From Camelus ferus (taxonomy: Eukaryota), in assembly GCF_009834535.1 (NCBI RefSeq), contig NC_045696.1, forward strand, positions 30,010,001 through 30,074,000: a DNA stretch of 64,000 bases, given 5' to 3'. Below are positions 26,258 through 40,589 of this stretch, piece after piece (the first letter of the stretch is position 1; every line of letters starts with the position of its first letter). The notes beneath the pieces are model-generated. The model saw only the letters and a list, made by a program, of their open reading frames with translations. It made no database searches and was not told the origin of the DNA. The translations under genes and the position numbers were made by a program.

Positions 26258-26692
26258 CAGAATGAACCACACGTCCTAGTTTGCCTGGGACAATCCAGTG
26301 AACACTTGCTGTGTTCTTTTGTCTAGAACTTCTCCTGGTTTGCTTAGTTTGTGATGAAGTGTGAATTACAAATAAATGCACTAACATAAGCCAGAGTAGG
26401 TTTGGTAGAATTTCACGTATGCTCCCAGCTTCTGCCAAGGTCTTGTTCCCTAGTATGTGAAGCTCAAAACCAGCAATCAAGGTTCTCTTTTAACATGTGA
26501 TTAAATAGAAAACATGATCAGCTATAATTCATTACTCTTTCCTGACTCCTCCCAAACACAACACATTATGTCTTTCAAGTACATAATGCCAGGTTCATGC
26601 TGATTCTAAGACAAAATGCATTTTAACATTGTGGGCTTAGGTCTGCTAATTCCTTCTGACAGTGAGTGGTGGTAGGAAAAGAATGACACTCC
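26258..26692 (+). mobile_element. hAT-Blackjack-like terminal fragment, copy 2
   Basis: 'cagaatgaaccacacgtcctagtttgcctgggacaatcc' is TIR-like; homologous to 22341-22795. Confidence 0.65.
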
Positions 26693-27189
26693 ATTGCAGT
26701 AGCAGTGAGGTATTTATATTTATGAGCAACAGTCTTAGAATATTTTTTTCTCACCTGAGTATCAGGATGTCACATAGAAACTGATGTGCATACTAGATCA
26801 ACTATGCATTTCAGCAAGAGTATATTTCAAAAAATTTTTTTTCATTAACAAGAAAAGGATACTTTTTTTTAAGGTAAAAACTCATAGCACAACCCTCTTG
26901 GTTATGCCTAATCTTGTCAGCTAGCTTCAATCATCTAACAAAAAACTGAGACAGAAACAAAGGGACCATATAAAATGGCATATAATAACATATCAGCAGA
27001 ATTTGAAACAATCAAACAGAATAAGGGACCCCCAAGAGAGAATAAAGCTATTTGGCTGCTTGACTAATTATGTGTACTAATAGATTTCCATTGGGCCCTC
27101 TGGTTTATAAGAGTTCATTTAATTGCTCAATCAAATGAGAGGTATTTCCAGACTCCTCTCATGGTCAAGGGTATATGCAGAAATACAAC

Positions 27190-27355
27190 AAAATCAGAAA
27201 TCAGAAAATTTAAATTCAGACTATTCCAATTTCTCGTTTCGTTTGAATACTCCGAGCTTCACTATTCGTTAGCTATTAAATAGAGAAATAATAAATTAAC
27301 TCAAAAAACTATTCTGAGTATGATTGTGAGAAAAATAATTATAAAATGTAAAGAT
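27190..27355 (+). mobile_element. Degenerate MIR SINE
   Basis: Weak core 'ctccgagcttcactattcgttagctattaaatagagaaataata'. Confidence 0.4.
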
Positions 27356-30300
27356 ATACAAAGACAAATATTAATATGAATTGACTTGAACTGTATCTTC
27401 AAAACAGTAGTATTATTTTGAATTTACTCCCCTTATATGTAAATAAGTTTCATTCTATTATGGATTATATAAAACTATTTCTTTTTTTAATACAAATATC
27501 ATCTCTTACTTTTTTTTTTTTTTTTTTTTTTTTTAGTAGACTATTTTTTAGAGCAGTTTTGGGATCACAGCAAAATTGAGCAGAAGGCACGGAGATTTCC
27601 CATGAGCCTGCCTCTCAGACACGCGTGCTCTCCTCCATTATGAGCATCCCCCACCAGAATGGTACATTTGCTATATTCAATAAACCTGCATTGACACATT
27701 ATTTATTACTCAAATTCCATAGTTTATATTGAAGTTCACTCTTAATGTGTTACATTCTGTGGGTTAATTTGTATTCATAATAACATGTATCCACCATTAT
27801 AGTATCATACAGAAAACTTTCATTGCCTTAGAAATCCTCCTGCTCCGTCTATTCATTCCTTCCTCCCCCCTAATCTCTGGCAATCACTGATATTTTTACT
27901 GTCTTCATAGTTTTGCCTTTTACAGAATGTCATATAATTGTAATTATACAGTGTGCAGATTTTTCAGATTAGCTTCTTTTACTTAGTAATATGCATTTAA
28001 GTTTTCTCTATGTCTTTTTGTGGCTTGATGGACAATTTCTTTTTAACACCAAATAATATTCCATTGTTTGGAAGTACCATACTTTGTTTATTTACTCACC
28101 TACTGAAGGACAGCTTGATTGCTTCTAAGTTTTGGCAATTATGAATAAAACTGCTGTAAACATCTATGTTCAGGTTTTGATGTGAATGTAAGATTTCACA
28201 TGTCTTGGTTAAACATCAAATAATGTGATTGCTGGATCATATGGTAAGAGTATATTTAGTTTTATATAAAACCACCAAACTACATTTCAAAATGCCTGTA
28301 TCATTTGATATTCCCACCAGCAATGAATGAGAGTTTCTGCTGCTCCACGTCCTCATCAGCATTTGGTGTTGTCAGGGTTGTTGATTTTGGCCATTCCAAT
28401 AGGTGTGTAGTGGAATCTTGTTGTTTTAATTTGCATTTCCCTGATGACATGTGATGTGGAGCATCTTTTCATGTGATTATTTGCCATCTGTATATCTTCT
28501 TTGGTGAGGTGTCTATTAAGTTCTTGGCCCATTTTTCAATCAGATTTTTCGTTATTGTTGAGTTTAAAGAGTTTTTGTGTGTGTATTTGGATACCAATCT
28601 TTAACAGATGTGTCTTTGCAAATATTTTCTCCCAGATTGTGGTTTATCTTTTCATTCTCTTGATAGTGTCTCTCACAGGGAAGAAATTTCTAATTTTAAA
28701 GAAATCCAGCTTATCCATTATTTCTTTTATGTATTTTGGCTTTGATGTTGATATCTAAAAAGCTATCACTATACCCAAAGTCATCTTGATTTTCACCTAT
28801 GTTATTTTGTAGGAGTTTTATAGTTTTGCTTTTTACATTTTAAGTCTTTGATTCATTTTGAATTAATTTTTATGAAGGTTGTACAGTCTGTGTCTAGATT
28901 TATTTATTTATTTATTTTGCATGTGGGTGTCCAGTTATTATAATACCCTTTGTTGAAAAGACTGTCTTTGTTCCATTGTATTGTCTTTGCTCCTTGGTCA
29001 AAGATCAATTGACTACATGTGGATCTATTTCTGGGCTCTCTATTCTGTTCCATGAGTCTATTTGTTTATTCTTTCATCAACACTATACTGTTTTCATTAC
29101 TGTAGCTTTATAGTAAGTCTGAAACTTGGGGAGTGTCAGTCCTTCACCTTTGTTCTTCTCCTTCAATATTTCATTGGCTAGTCTAAATATTTTATCTCTC
29201 CCTATAAGCATTGCAATTAATTTGTTGATATCCACAAAATAATTGGAATTACATTGAATTTATAGATCAAGTTAAGAATTTACACCTTGACAATTTTGAG
29301 TCTTCCTATCCATGAACATACAATATCTCTCCATTTATTGTTCTTATTTGACTTTTTTCATCAGAGTTTTCTAGTTTTCTTTATATTGACCACATATATG
29401 CTTTGTTAGATTTATACCTAAGTATTTCTCTTTCGGGGATTGCTACTGTAAATGGTATTGGTTTTTTTATTTCAAATGAATTTTTTCATTTCTGATATAT
29501 AGGAAAATAATTGATGTTTCTGTGTTAACACTGTATCCTGCAACATTGCTATAATCACTTATTAGTTCCAGAGTTTTTAAAATAATTTTTTTTTTACTTT
29601 CTACGTAGACAATAATATCAACTGCAAACAAAGATAATTTTATTTATCCCTTCCCAATGTGTTTACCTTTCATTTTCTTTTCTTGTCTTACTGCATTCAC
29701 TAGTACTTCCAATGTGTTATTAAAAAGTGGCAGTGAAAGGGGATATCCGTGCATTGTTCCTGAGCTTAGTGGGAAAGCTTTTAGTTTCTCAACATTTAAG
29801 GATGATGTCAGCTGCAGGTTTTTCTAGCTATTTATCACATAGAGAAGGTTCCCTAGTTTATTGAGAGTTGTTATCCTGAATGGGTGTTGGATTTTGCCAA
29901 GTGCTTTTTCTGTATCTGTTAATACAATTATGTAATTTTTCTTCTTTGACCTATTGTGATGCATTACACTAATTGATTACTTAAATATTGACTCAGCTTT
30001 GCATACCAGGGATAAATCTCACTTGATAATGGTGTATAATTATTTTTATACATTGTTGGGTTCAGTTTTATAATATTTTGCTGAGGATTTTAAATCTTTG
30101 TTCATGAGAGATAATTGATCTGTAGTTTTGTTTTTGTTTTTTATTTATTTTTTTGTAATGTCTTTGGTTTTGTTGTTAGGGTAATGCTGGCTTCATAGAA
30201 TGAATGAGGAAGTAATCTCTGATTTTGTTGTCTGAAAAAGATTGTAGAGAATTGGTATAATTTTTTCTTAAGTATTTGGTAGAATTCACTAGTGAACCTA

Positions 30301-32540
30301 CTTGAATCTGGTGTTTTTTGTTTTGGAAGGTTTTTAATTATTGAATTAATTTTGTCAGTAGATATAGGCCTCTTCAGATTATTCTTGTGCAAGTTTTGGC
30401 AGATTGTGTCTTTCAAGGAATTTTCTGTTTCATCTAGGTTATGAAATTTGTGGGCATAAAATTGTTCACAGAGTATCTTTATTATCCTTTTCCTGTCCAT
30501 GAGATCTGTGGTGATGTCCTGTCTTTCATGTCTGATATTAGTAATGTTTGTCCTCTTTCTTACTTTGTTTAGCCTATATGAGGGCTTATTGGTTTTACTG
30601 ATCTTTTCATAGAACCAGCTCTTGATTTCATTGGTTTTTTTTTCAACTGATTTTGTTTTCAGTTTCATTAGAGCAGAAATCAATTTCTTAATTATTTCCT
30701 TTATTTGCTCTCTTTGGATTTAATTTGCTCTTTTTCTAGCTTTTAAGGTGGATGCTTACATTATTGATTTTAAAATTTTCTTCTTTTCTGATATATACAT
30801 TCAATACTATAAACATCCCTCTATGCATTGTTTTCACTGCATCCCATAAATTATGGTAAATTGTGTTTTCATTTTCATTTAATTTAAAATATTTTAAAAT
30901 TTCTCTTGAGATTTCCTTTTTGATCCATGCTTTACTTTAAATTATGTTGTTTAATCTTTACATATTTGGAGATTTTTCCAGCTATCTTTCTGTTATTGAT
31001 TTCTACTTTAATTCCATTTTGGTCTAAGAACACATATTGTATGACTTCTATTCTTTTAAATTTGTTAAGCCGTGTTTTATGGCTTAGAATATGGTCTGTC
31101 TTGGAGAGTGTTCAATGTGAGCTTGAGAAGAATGTGTATTCTGCTGTTCTTGGACAAAATAGTCCATAGATGCCCATTTTATCCAGTTGATTGATGGTGT
31201 TATAGAGTTAAACTATGAACTGATTAAATTTTTGCCTGCTGGATCTGTCCATATCTAAGAGACAGGCATTGAAGCCTCCAACCATGATAGTGAATTTATC
31301 TATTTGTTTTTGCAATTCGATTAGTTTTTGCTTCACATAGTTTGAGGCTCTATTGTTGGGCACATACACATAAGGATTTTAACATCTTTCTGGAGAATTA
31401 ATCCTCTCTAATTATGTACTGCCTTTTTATCCCTCATAGCTCTCCTTGTTTTGAAGTCTACTCTGCCTATAATTTATATAGCTACTCCCACTTTCTGTTG
31501 ATTAGTGTTAGCATAGTTTGTCTTTTTTCCATCCATTTACTTTTAATTTGTATGTGTTTATATATTTAAAGTGGGTTTCCTGTAGAAAACATATAGCTTG
31601 GTCTTGATTTTTGATCCACTCTGACTATTTGTCTTTTTAGTTGGTGCATTTAGATCATTGATGTTCAATTGATATAGGTAGATTAATATCTATCATAATT
31701 GTTACTTTTTCTCTTTGTTGCCCCTGTCCTTTGTTCCTATATTTGTCTTCCATTCTTTTTTTTTTTTTTTGCCTTTTGCTGCTCTGAGCATTTTATACGA
31801 TTTTATTTTGTCTCCTCTCTTAGAATACCAATTATAATTATTTACTGTTTTTTAGTCATTACCCTAGAGTTTTCAATATACATTTACAAGTAATCCAAGT
31901 CTACCTTCAAATAACCCAGTATCACTTAATGGGTGGTGTGAATACATCATAATAAAAAATTTAAAAATACCTAAATCTACCCTTCTTTTCCTTGTATTAT
32001 TGCTGTCACTCATTTTCTTTATGCATGTGCGTACATGTACATAAGCATACATAACTGAATAGATTACTACTATTATTATTTTGAGCAAATTATCTGGTAG
32101 ATTACTCAAGAATAAGAAAAATAAAGCTTTTATTTTACTTTTGCTTGTTTCTTCTCCAATGTTCTCCCTTTGTGTAGGTCTGAGTTTCTGACCTATATGA
32201 TTTTCCTTCTCTCTAAAGAATTTCTATTAACATTTCTTTCAAGGCAGGTCTACAAGCAACAAATGCTCTCAATTTTTGTCTATCTGAGAAAGTCTGTATT
32301 TGTCCTTCATTTTCAAAGGATAATTTTATAGGATACAGAATTCTAGGTTAATATTTTTTTTCTCACTTAACACTGAAAAAAAAATTCACTGCAGTCTCTG
32401 CTTATCTGCATGGTTTCTGAGGTTCAGATATAATTCCTATGTATTCTCTTTTCTAGGTAAGGTGTTTTTTAACCACTCAATTTTTTTCAAGATTTTTTAA
32501 TTTGGCTTTGATTTTATGTAGTTTCAAAATGATATGCCTA

Positions 32541-32901
32541 TTGTGAGTGAAGGGAGTCAATGGTACAAGCTGCCAGGTATAAAATAAGTAAGTCATGGGT
32601 TGTAATGTACAGCATGGTGACTATACTTAATAATATTGTATTGTATACTTGAAAGTTGCTAAGACAGTGGATCTTGAGGTTCCTCATCACAAGGAAAAGA
32701 ATAATTCTGTTAATATGTATGGTGAATGACATTAACTAGACTTATTGTGGTTAAGTCTATTATGGATATTGTGTTAACTAGACCTATTGTGGATTTTAAC
32801 TAGACTTACATTTCTCAATATATACCAATATTGAATCATTATGTTGTACACCTGGAACTAATATAAAATTTTATGCCAATTATTCCTGAGTTAAAAAAAA
32901 A
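32541..32901 (+). mobile_element. 5'-truncated L1 (L1MA-type) 3' end nested in the L1MC
   Basis: 'atgtacagcatggtgactata...gaaagttgctaaga...tgtacacctggaactaatata' followed by an A-tract. Confidence 0.88.
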
Positions 32902-32950
32902 CCCTGATTTTCCCACTGCACCACACTGCTCTCCTTAAGTATACAATTGC

Positions 32951-33021
32951 ATATGTATATATGTGTGTGTGTATGTGTGTATGTGTATGTATGTGTATAT
33001 ATGTATGTGTGTGTGGGTGTA
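32951..33021. repeat. Imperfect (TG)/(TATG)n microsatellite
   Basis: atatgtatatatgtgtgtgtgtatgtgtgt... Confidence 0.9.
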
Positions 33022-36000
33022 TGACAAATGAACATTTCCTGTTGACACTGAAGCCTGGCTTTTAAAAAATTCCAACTGTATTATGGTATAATTGACAAAT
33101 AAAATTATGGGTTTTTTAAGATGATATGCTGATATATATGTAGAAAAATCTTTATGAAGGCAGTAGTCATTTATCCTGCTTTGTTTTCCAAGCTTCCTAG
33201 ATCTCTGGTGTGGTGACTGACATTAATTTAGGGAAATTATCAGTGATTATTATTTCAAATTTTTCCAGCTTCTGTCTTTTTTCTCCTGATATTCTCATTA
33301 TGTGTATTTTGTAATTGTCCCACAATTCTTGGATATTCTGCTTTGTTTTCTAGTCTATTTTTCTTTTTTCTTTTCATTTTTGCATTTTTTATTAAGGTAT
33401 ATTTAAGCTCAGAGATTCTTTTATCAGCCACTTCCAGTTTACTAATAAGCCCATAAAAGGCATTTTAAAATTTCTGTTACAGTGTTTTTGATCTCTAGCA
33501 TTTTTTTTTTTTTTTGGTTCTTTGTTGGGATTCCCATTTCTCTTCTTACATTGACCATCAGTTATTGCATGCTGTCTACTTGATCACTAAGAGGTCTAAG
33601 TAAATCATAGTTGCTTTAAATTTCTAGTCTGAGAATCCCAATATCCATTTCACATCTGAATCTTGTTCTGATGCTTGCTCTGTCTCTTCAAACTGTGTTT
33701 TTGCCTTTTAATATGTCTTGAATTTTGTCTTGATAGCCAGACCTGATGTACCTGGCAATGGTTCCTGCAAAAAATTTTTTTCTCATGGGTTTCTGCTCTT
33801 TTAAGTTAATTTTCTGTATTTGCCTATTGGTCTCTCCAATTTGGGGAGCAGTGCTTTGCCTTGTGACCTCACTTCTCTTACAAATCTAAGAAGAGCTGTT
33901 GCTATATCTATTTGTTTGGCTTTTTACTTGTTGTTAGGACTGAGTGGGACTTCCAAGTTTCTAACATGCTGGACCAGAAACCAGAAGTCCTCCGTTATAT
34001 GGAAAAAGATATGTTTCATGAATGATGCTTAATAAATACAATCTTATTAAAAATGAGTAAAGTTTGTTGCCTGGGGATTTTGAAGCAATGAACATATTGT
34101 GTCTTTTCTCTACAACCAAACTTAGTCAAGAATCACAATTACCTGAAACTTCCCTACTTACCTCATTGGGTCCCATTATCTGGATCATTCTAGAAATTTA
34201 ATAGTGATATGAATAAATAACTTTGGATTGTGTTGTATATAAAGATACTAACATGAGTTAATTTGCCTTTATCTGTTTTCTCCACTAATACAGAAATTTA
34301 TTCAAGACAGGATCATGTCTTCCATTGTTATTACTTGTGAAATAACTAATCCTTAAAATACAATATATTTTGAAAGTCTGATGATCAGAAGGAATCTTTA
34401 GAGATATCTCTTTGCACATAATAGGTAGTTATTGGATAACTTGCCTCATATAGTGCACAAGATCACTGGATATCATTGCATATACATATTTGGAGTAGGT
34501 AATATGGTGATAAGTATGACAGTATACAAATGAAGAGATAATTATTTGGGGCTTATTAATAGGCTTATTCTTATTAATGTATTGAATTTCTCATCTACTG
34601 CTGTGCACATATTATCCACACTGATGGAAATTCATGATGGAGTGACACAGAATATGAAATTAACTTTGATAATTTTTTTGAGTTACCAGTGTGTACCAGG
34701 TTTTACTAGCAAAGTAAAATGAAAATCAGGGACATCAATCTTAAAAACAAACTAATTGTTTTCTCTTTTCCTAGATAAAAGCCTCATACTGCCACTCAAT
34801 TCCCATGACCCTGGCATTGTATCCATGACCTCTGTTAAAATACTATTGTCCCAAATTGAAAAAAAATATGAATTCCATATGCAAAGTTGTAACCTAGTGT
34901 GGCTAGTGAGCTCATAATGAACTGCATTATTGGGAGCAGCATTTTGTTATGGAACATCATTTTTACTTACTCTCTTATTCTTTTCATTAAAACAATGAGC
35001 ACATCATAATGAATAAAACGTTTATATGCCATTTATTACATCCACTACTAAGGTGCCAATACTGACCAAAAAGTGAACTCATGTGCTGCCAGGTTCATGC
35101 CATAATCCATTGAATAGATATCTAAGAATTGTTGTAAAAACAAAAGCTTACGTTTCCCAGAGGCTGTCAACATCTGTATTTCTTTTGGAAACCTAAATAC
35201 TATTCATTTCAGAAAATAGAGAACATGAACAGGTGGAATTTGACCTTTTGTGGCATATGGATAAAATAAATTAATTTACTTTGTGCTAAACATCATAATG
35301 TAATTATAAAAAATGTACTTTTTCAGAAATTAAAATAACTAAAATGGATTTGTAAAGGTATAGGGAATTCTGTTGCCATCTAAGTCATTAGATTGTATGA
35401 TATTTGTAAAGAATAATAGGTCACACATACTAACATATAATTACTGTCTCACTGACCTGATGCCACCGGGGGCTAAGGTATTATACACTGATAATTTCTA
35501 AATCCCGAATCTTACCACTTTAAATACCAGTATTTCAAAATGTTAACCATATTTGTTGGAATTCTTTCTGCCATGTGTTACATGCTTTTCAGCTTAGGAA
35601 AAAAAAATCTTTACTACATTTTTACACTACTCAAAATCAAAAACAAACAAAAAAATGAGTAATTAAAAAATTTAAATTAATAGTTGAGCTTTCAGTTAGA
35701 CCAAAAATATAAATAATATATTAAAAAGTAAGTAAGGAATATTACTAAAGTTAACAGTTCTTGGCATGGGGACCAGGCAGAATGAAAATAATCAAGATTC
35801 TTAGGATTCTCTTACAAGATTTTGTTATAAAATGTTAGCTAATTATAAAGATGAAATTAGCTTGGATGAAAGCAATAGTCATCTATTCCTAAATTTATTT
35901 TAATGTTAATTATATCCACTGTTTTTTCTGACTAATGCTATATGATGGGGATGGAGGGAAAAATTGGTACATGTAGAAATACTGGAAGAGGAAGAATGGC

Positions 36001-36887
36001 AAGTAGCAGGAGCAGATGTTCTCAAGGACCTCAAGGGGATTTGAGAGATTGCCCTTATATAATTGGTAATTACTTCACGGAAGCTAATGCATAGCTAGTA
36101 GCACCATCATCATCATCATCATTAACACTTAAGAAAGGGAATGAGATAATCAATGTTAAGTGCCAATTAAGTGGAATAGAAGAGGTCTAGAAAAGCTTTG
36201 TGAATGAGGTAAAAGGAGATAACAGAGAGAAATGAAAAGGAAGGCAGGCAGTGTTCTTTACCTGAACATTGATATGAGCAATCATGCTAAAAGAAAACAT
36301 GTATTTCTATTTGGGGAATGTGTACAGCTTATTTCTTATAAATGTCTAAGACTAAGGGACTGAGTTGAGTGAAGTCACCATAGTTTCAGGGCTATTAATT
36401 CAGCATCCCAATTTGCATATCATTTGCACTTTGGTACCATACCTGTCAATCATTTCTGGACATCAGCCAGCAAAGTGACAAACACTCAGCCTTAAATTAG
36501 AGAAAGAAATTTAAAAATAAACAAAAAAAATCTGGTGACTTTAACTTGACTGTATTATTGTTTTTAGTGGCAGAGTAAATGGATTTGGTTATAATTATGA
36601 TTGAATCTTTTTGGTATTTTATGAATAATAGAGTCATCAATCACATTATTTAACATAAAACAACATATTTCAGTCAAATTTTACATTACAATATAATCAC
36701 ATGTGTTTATAAAGAATGAGTTTTAATGAGGAAAATTATTCTTGGAGTCTAGGAAAGTAGTCAGTTTTTTCTCTTTTAAGGTATTTTGTTTTCAGGAGTG
36801 ACTTTGAAGATTAAAATATAGAGCTAAAATATGTAATGACTCATTTATGATTAATAAGAGATTAATCATGATTAATAGGAAAGTATT

Positions 36888-37133
36888 CAGACTATAGTGA
36901 TTAAGAATTTGAGCTTTTGAGTGAGGTAGCCCTGGATTAAAATCTCAGTTTTCCAATTTACTCCTGTTTGAACTTGGTAAACTTGGTTTCCTCTTGAATA
37001 AAATGAGGATATGATCAATATGTGCTCATTGGGGCCTTTGTTTTATTTTGTTTTCTATGAGAATTAAGGTGATAGTATCTTTAATGTGCTTAGTACTGTA
37101 CATGACCTAGAGTAAGAGCTCAGTCAATGATAG
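36888..37133 (+). mobile_element. MIR SINE
   Basis: 'tagtgattaagaatttgagcttt...cctggattaaaatctcag...ggtttcctc..taaaatgagga...gtgcttagtactgt...gctcagtcaatg'. Confidence 0.8.
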
Positions 37134-37444
37134 TGTTTTGTTTGCATTCACTCTTTGCATCTTAATAGCACACTTTGTGTCTGCTATATAGGTTTACTGT
37201 TGGTATAATTAAAAGCCTGGGTCATAGAAGAAATGGGGTAACAATCTCACATATGCATCCAATAAACTAAGTTGATCACTAGTCTCCCTAGACAGTGAAT
37301 TCTAGCTTCCTAAAAAGTTTCTTCCAATATTGTGAGGTTGCTCTTAATTCTCTTTCAGAATTCTTCTTACACTAGTTGTGTTAGAAATTTTGCTGTTTCA
37401 TTTTGTCTGTTTTTTGAAATTTATTTAAACTAAGAACAAAAACA

Positions 37445-38872
37445 ATTCACCCATTTCTTCCACCCTCCATTCCACATCTCTGACAATTGTCAAACTGTTC
37501 TCTGTATCAATCAGCTTGGTTTGTTTGCTTGTGGATTATTTATGTATTTTTTATCTATTTATTTATTTATGAATTCCTCATATAAGAGAGATCATACAGG
37601 ATTTGTCTTTCTCGGTCTGACTTATTTCACTTAGCAAAATAAATAGGCTTGAGGTCCATCCATGTTATTGCAAATGGCAAGATTTCATTTTTTATGGCCA
37701 AATAATATTCTATTGTGTATATATACCACATCTTTATTCATTTATCCATTTATAGACACTTAAATTGTTTCCATATCTGGCTATTATAAATACTGTTACA
37801 ATGAACATTGATGCATATATCTTTTCAAGTTAATGTTTTCATTTTCTTCAGATAAGTACTCAGAAGTAGAATTGCTGGATCATGTGTTAGTTCTGTTTTT
37901 AATTTTGAGGGATCTCCATAATGTTTTCCATAGTGGCTGCTCCAATTTATATTCCCACCAACAGCACACAAGTGTTTTCTTTTCTTCATATCCTCACCAG
38001 CATTTGTTATCTTTTGTCTTTTTACTAATAGCCATTCTAACAGGTGTGAGGTGATCTTATTGTGGTTTGGGTTTGCATTTCCCTGATTAATAACATAGAG
38101 CATCTTTTTCATGTACCTGTTGGCCATCTGTATGTCTTCTTTGGAAAAATGTCTATTCAGATCTTCCCATTTTTTCAATCATGTTGTTTGTTTGTTTGTA
38201 TTTGCTATTGAGTTGTATGATCATTTATATATTTTGGATATCAGCCCCTTATCAGATATATCATTTGCAAATATCTTGTCCTATTCAGTAGGCTGCTCTT
38301 TCATTTTGTTGATAGTTTTCTTTGCTGTGCAGATGCTTTTTAGTTTAGTGTAGTCCACATGTTTATTTTTTGCTTTTGTTGATTTTGCTTTGGGAATCAG
38401 ATCCAAAAAAATTATTGCCAAGACATATGTCAAGGGGCTTACTGACTATATTTCCTTCCAGGAGTTTTATGGTTACAGGTCTTACATTCAAATTTTTGAT
38501 CCATTTTGAGATAATCTTTGTGTATGGTGTAAAATAGTGTGATCCAATTTTATTCTTTTATATGTGGCTTTCCAGCTTTCTAACAACATTTATTGAAGAG
38601 ACTAGCCTTTTCCCACTGTGTTTTCTTGGCTCCTTTGTCATAAATTAATTGACTGTAATTGTGTAGATTTCTTTCTGGGCTCTCTATTCTGTTCATTGAT
38701 CTATGTGTCTATTTTTAATGCCAATACTGTGCTGTTTTGATTACTGTAGTTTTGTAATATAGTTTTAAATCTATGCCTCCAGCTTTGACCTTCTTTCTCA
38801 AGATGATTTTTGGGGTCTTTATACTTCCATACAAGAATTGTTTTTTCTATTTCTGTGAAAAATGCCATTGAA
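37445..38872 (-). mobile_element. LINE-1 3' fragment (3'UTR + ORF2 C-terminus)
   Basis: ORF 37825-38178 [24 protein letters not shown] = L1 ORF2 C-terminus. Confidence 0.92.
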
Positions 38873-40589
38873 AGTCTTGGTTATTTTGTTAGAACTCCTT
38901 TGCATTTTCTATAAGACATTTGAAAGTAGAGACTTTACTATTTACTTAGGTCACCGCCTTTTTCCTTATTTTTTTCAGTGAAGTTTTGTCAGATACTTGC
39001 CATATAATTTGACAATAATTTTAACAATTTTTTTTTTGCTACATATTGCCAAATGGCTCTCAAGAAGTATTGCGTATTTCTATCAGGGGAGTGTAAAAGT
39101 AAACACTATTTTAAAGTCTAATAGTTTTAAAAGCTTTTGTTCTTATTAAAAAAAGGCCTGGATTGAAGTATAATAGGCATTTCGTAGATAATAAATATAA
39201 GACACTGAGTACATTGAAATTTCCTGGGGCATCCATTTCCCATCTTCATAATAAAGTAGTTAAGTTACACAATGAACGTATCAACTTAACAGAAATTCAG
39301 TAGTATATCCAAAGAGTGTAATGCCTCCCTTGAGTATATATGTATAATGGAAAACAATTAAAAGTTAAATACTAAATGAAGCCTCATATTTATAAAAGAA
39401 CTGTTTATAGGACATAGAAAAGGAAAAAAGTAGTAACTTATTTATCATGCAAAGATGTAATACTTGATCTATAAGAGTTTGAGTTCTAGGCAGGTCACTG
39501 TCATTACAGGAGTATTTAGAAAGGGAATTTTTAAGAGACAGAGGGGAAAATACATATAATTATTTCAACCCTAAGTAGCTTATGTCCTCAGAAACCCAAA
39601 GTAATCATATCTTTGCATTTAGTCCAGGGAAGTAGGTGTCATTTTCTTATAAAGATACTAACATTTCCTAAATTAATGAGAATACCTTTCTTCAACAGAA
39701 AGTAAAGTGACAAAAAAATCTCTGTATGTTTCTGAGTGGATAGTCATGTAAGCCTGGCTTTGAGGGCTTAAAACTTGTTTGCACTTGTCCTGGTACTCTT
39801 TTGTTTTAGGCCTTTTGGTAGTTTGTCAGGTTGTTTTCCTCTTAGCTGGGTGTCCAGTCTTTAACCATGATCACCACTTAACTTCTCTGCCACCTGTCTT
39901 ACACCCAGTTATCCAGTTCTGAGTGACTGATCTTGCTTAACCTGGGTCTAGATACAAATTCCTATCTTTTATGGGTCTATTTTCTTGGATTCTGGAATAT
40001 AGCATATACTTTGACAGGATAATATAACATTTATAAAACTAGGACAGAAGTAGCTAATACTTTGGGAAAACCTGAGATGCAACAAATTACATTTCATCAC
40101 AAATAATTCTAGTAAATTGAAAAAATAATTACCAGTTTGTTGAAGGAACTATGAAGTGGTAGTTTGGATTCCAATCAGGTCATTAAAATTTTTCAGTTAA
40201 TAAATAAAACTCTGAAATTAAAACAAAAAATACCATGAACTTGACAAGGATTGGGAAATGTTAATAGAATGTAACATCCAAATTTGTAATCAGTGGGAAG
40301 GTGGAAATCAAAGGGCCATTCAATCATTATTAAAGAAATAGTTTATGAGTTCATTATAGACTAACCTTATTTTCATTTCTGATTGGTACTTTAGGAGAAG
40401 TTACACATAATAAATATGAATGTGAGCAAAGCCCTTAACATGGTAATTTGAAAGCATTTGAAAGATTGTCCTCTTCCACTAAGTGTATAAACAGCTTTAG
40501 AAAGAACACAAGAGGAGCAGGGAGGGAGAGGAAATATCTCTAGTGTCTATTAGAGCAACAGAACTGATTCTGGCATTAGATAGGATGGC

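Larger units (their letters stand above)
27509..33990 (-). mobile_element. Near full-span LINE-1 (L1MC1-like), decayed
   Basis: poly(T) at about 27509-27535; L1MC1-like 3' end 'tttagagcagttttgggatcacagcaaaattgagcagaagg'; ORF2 peptide at 30141-30683; 5' end '...ggaccagaaaccagaagtcc' at 33990. Confidence 0.92.

Noticed and set aside
32732..32810. Repeated 'ttaactagac(t/c)ta' units as a CRISPR-like array
   Set aside because: Local slippage duplications within an L1 3'UTR in mammalian DNA; spacing is irregular.
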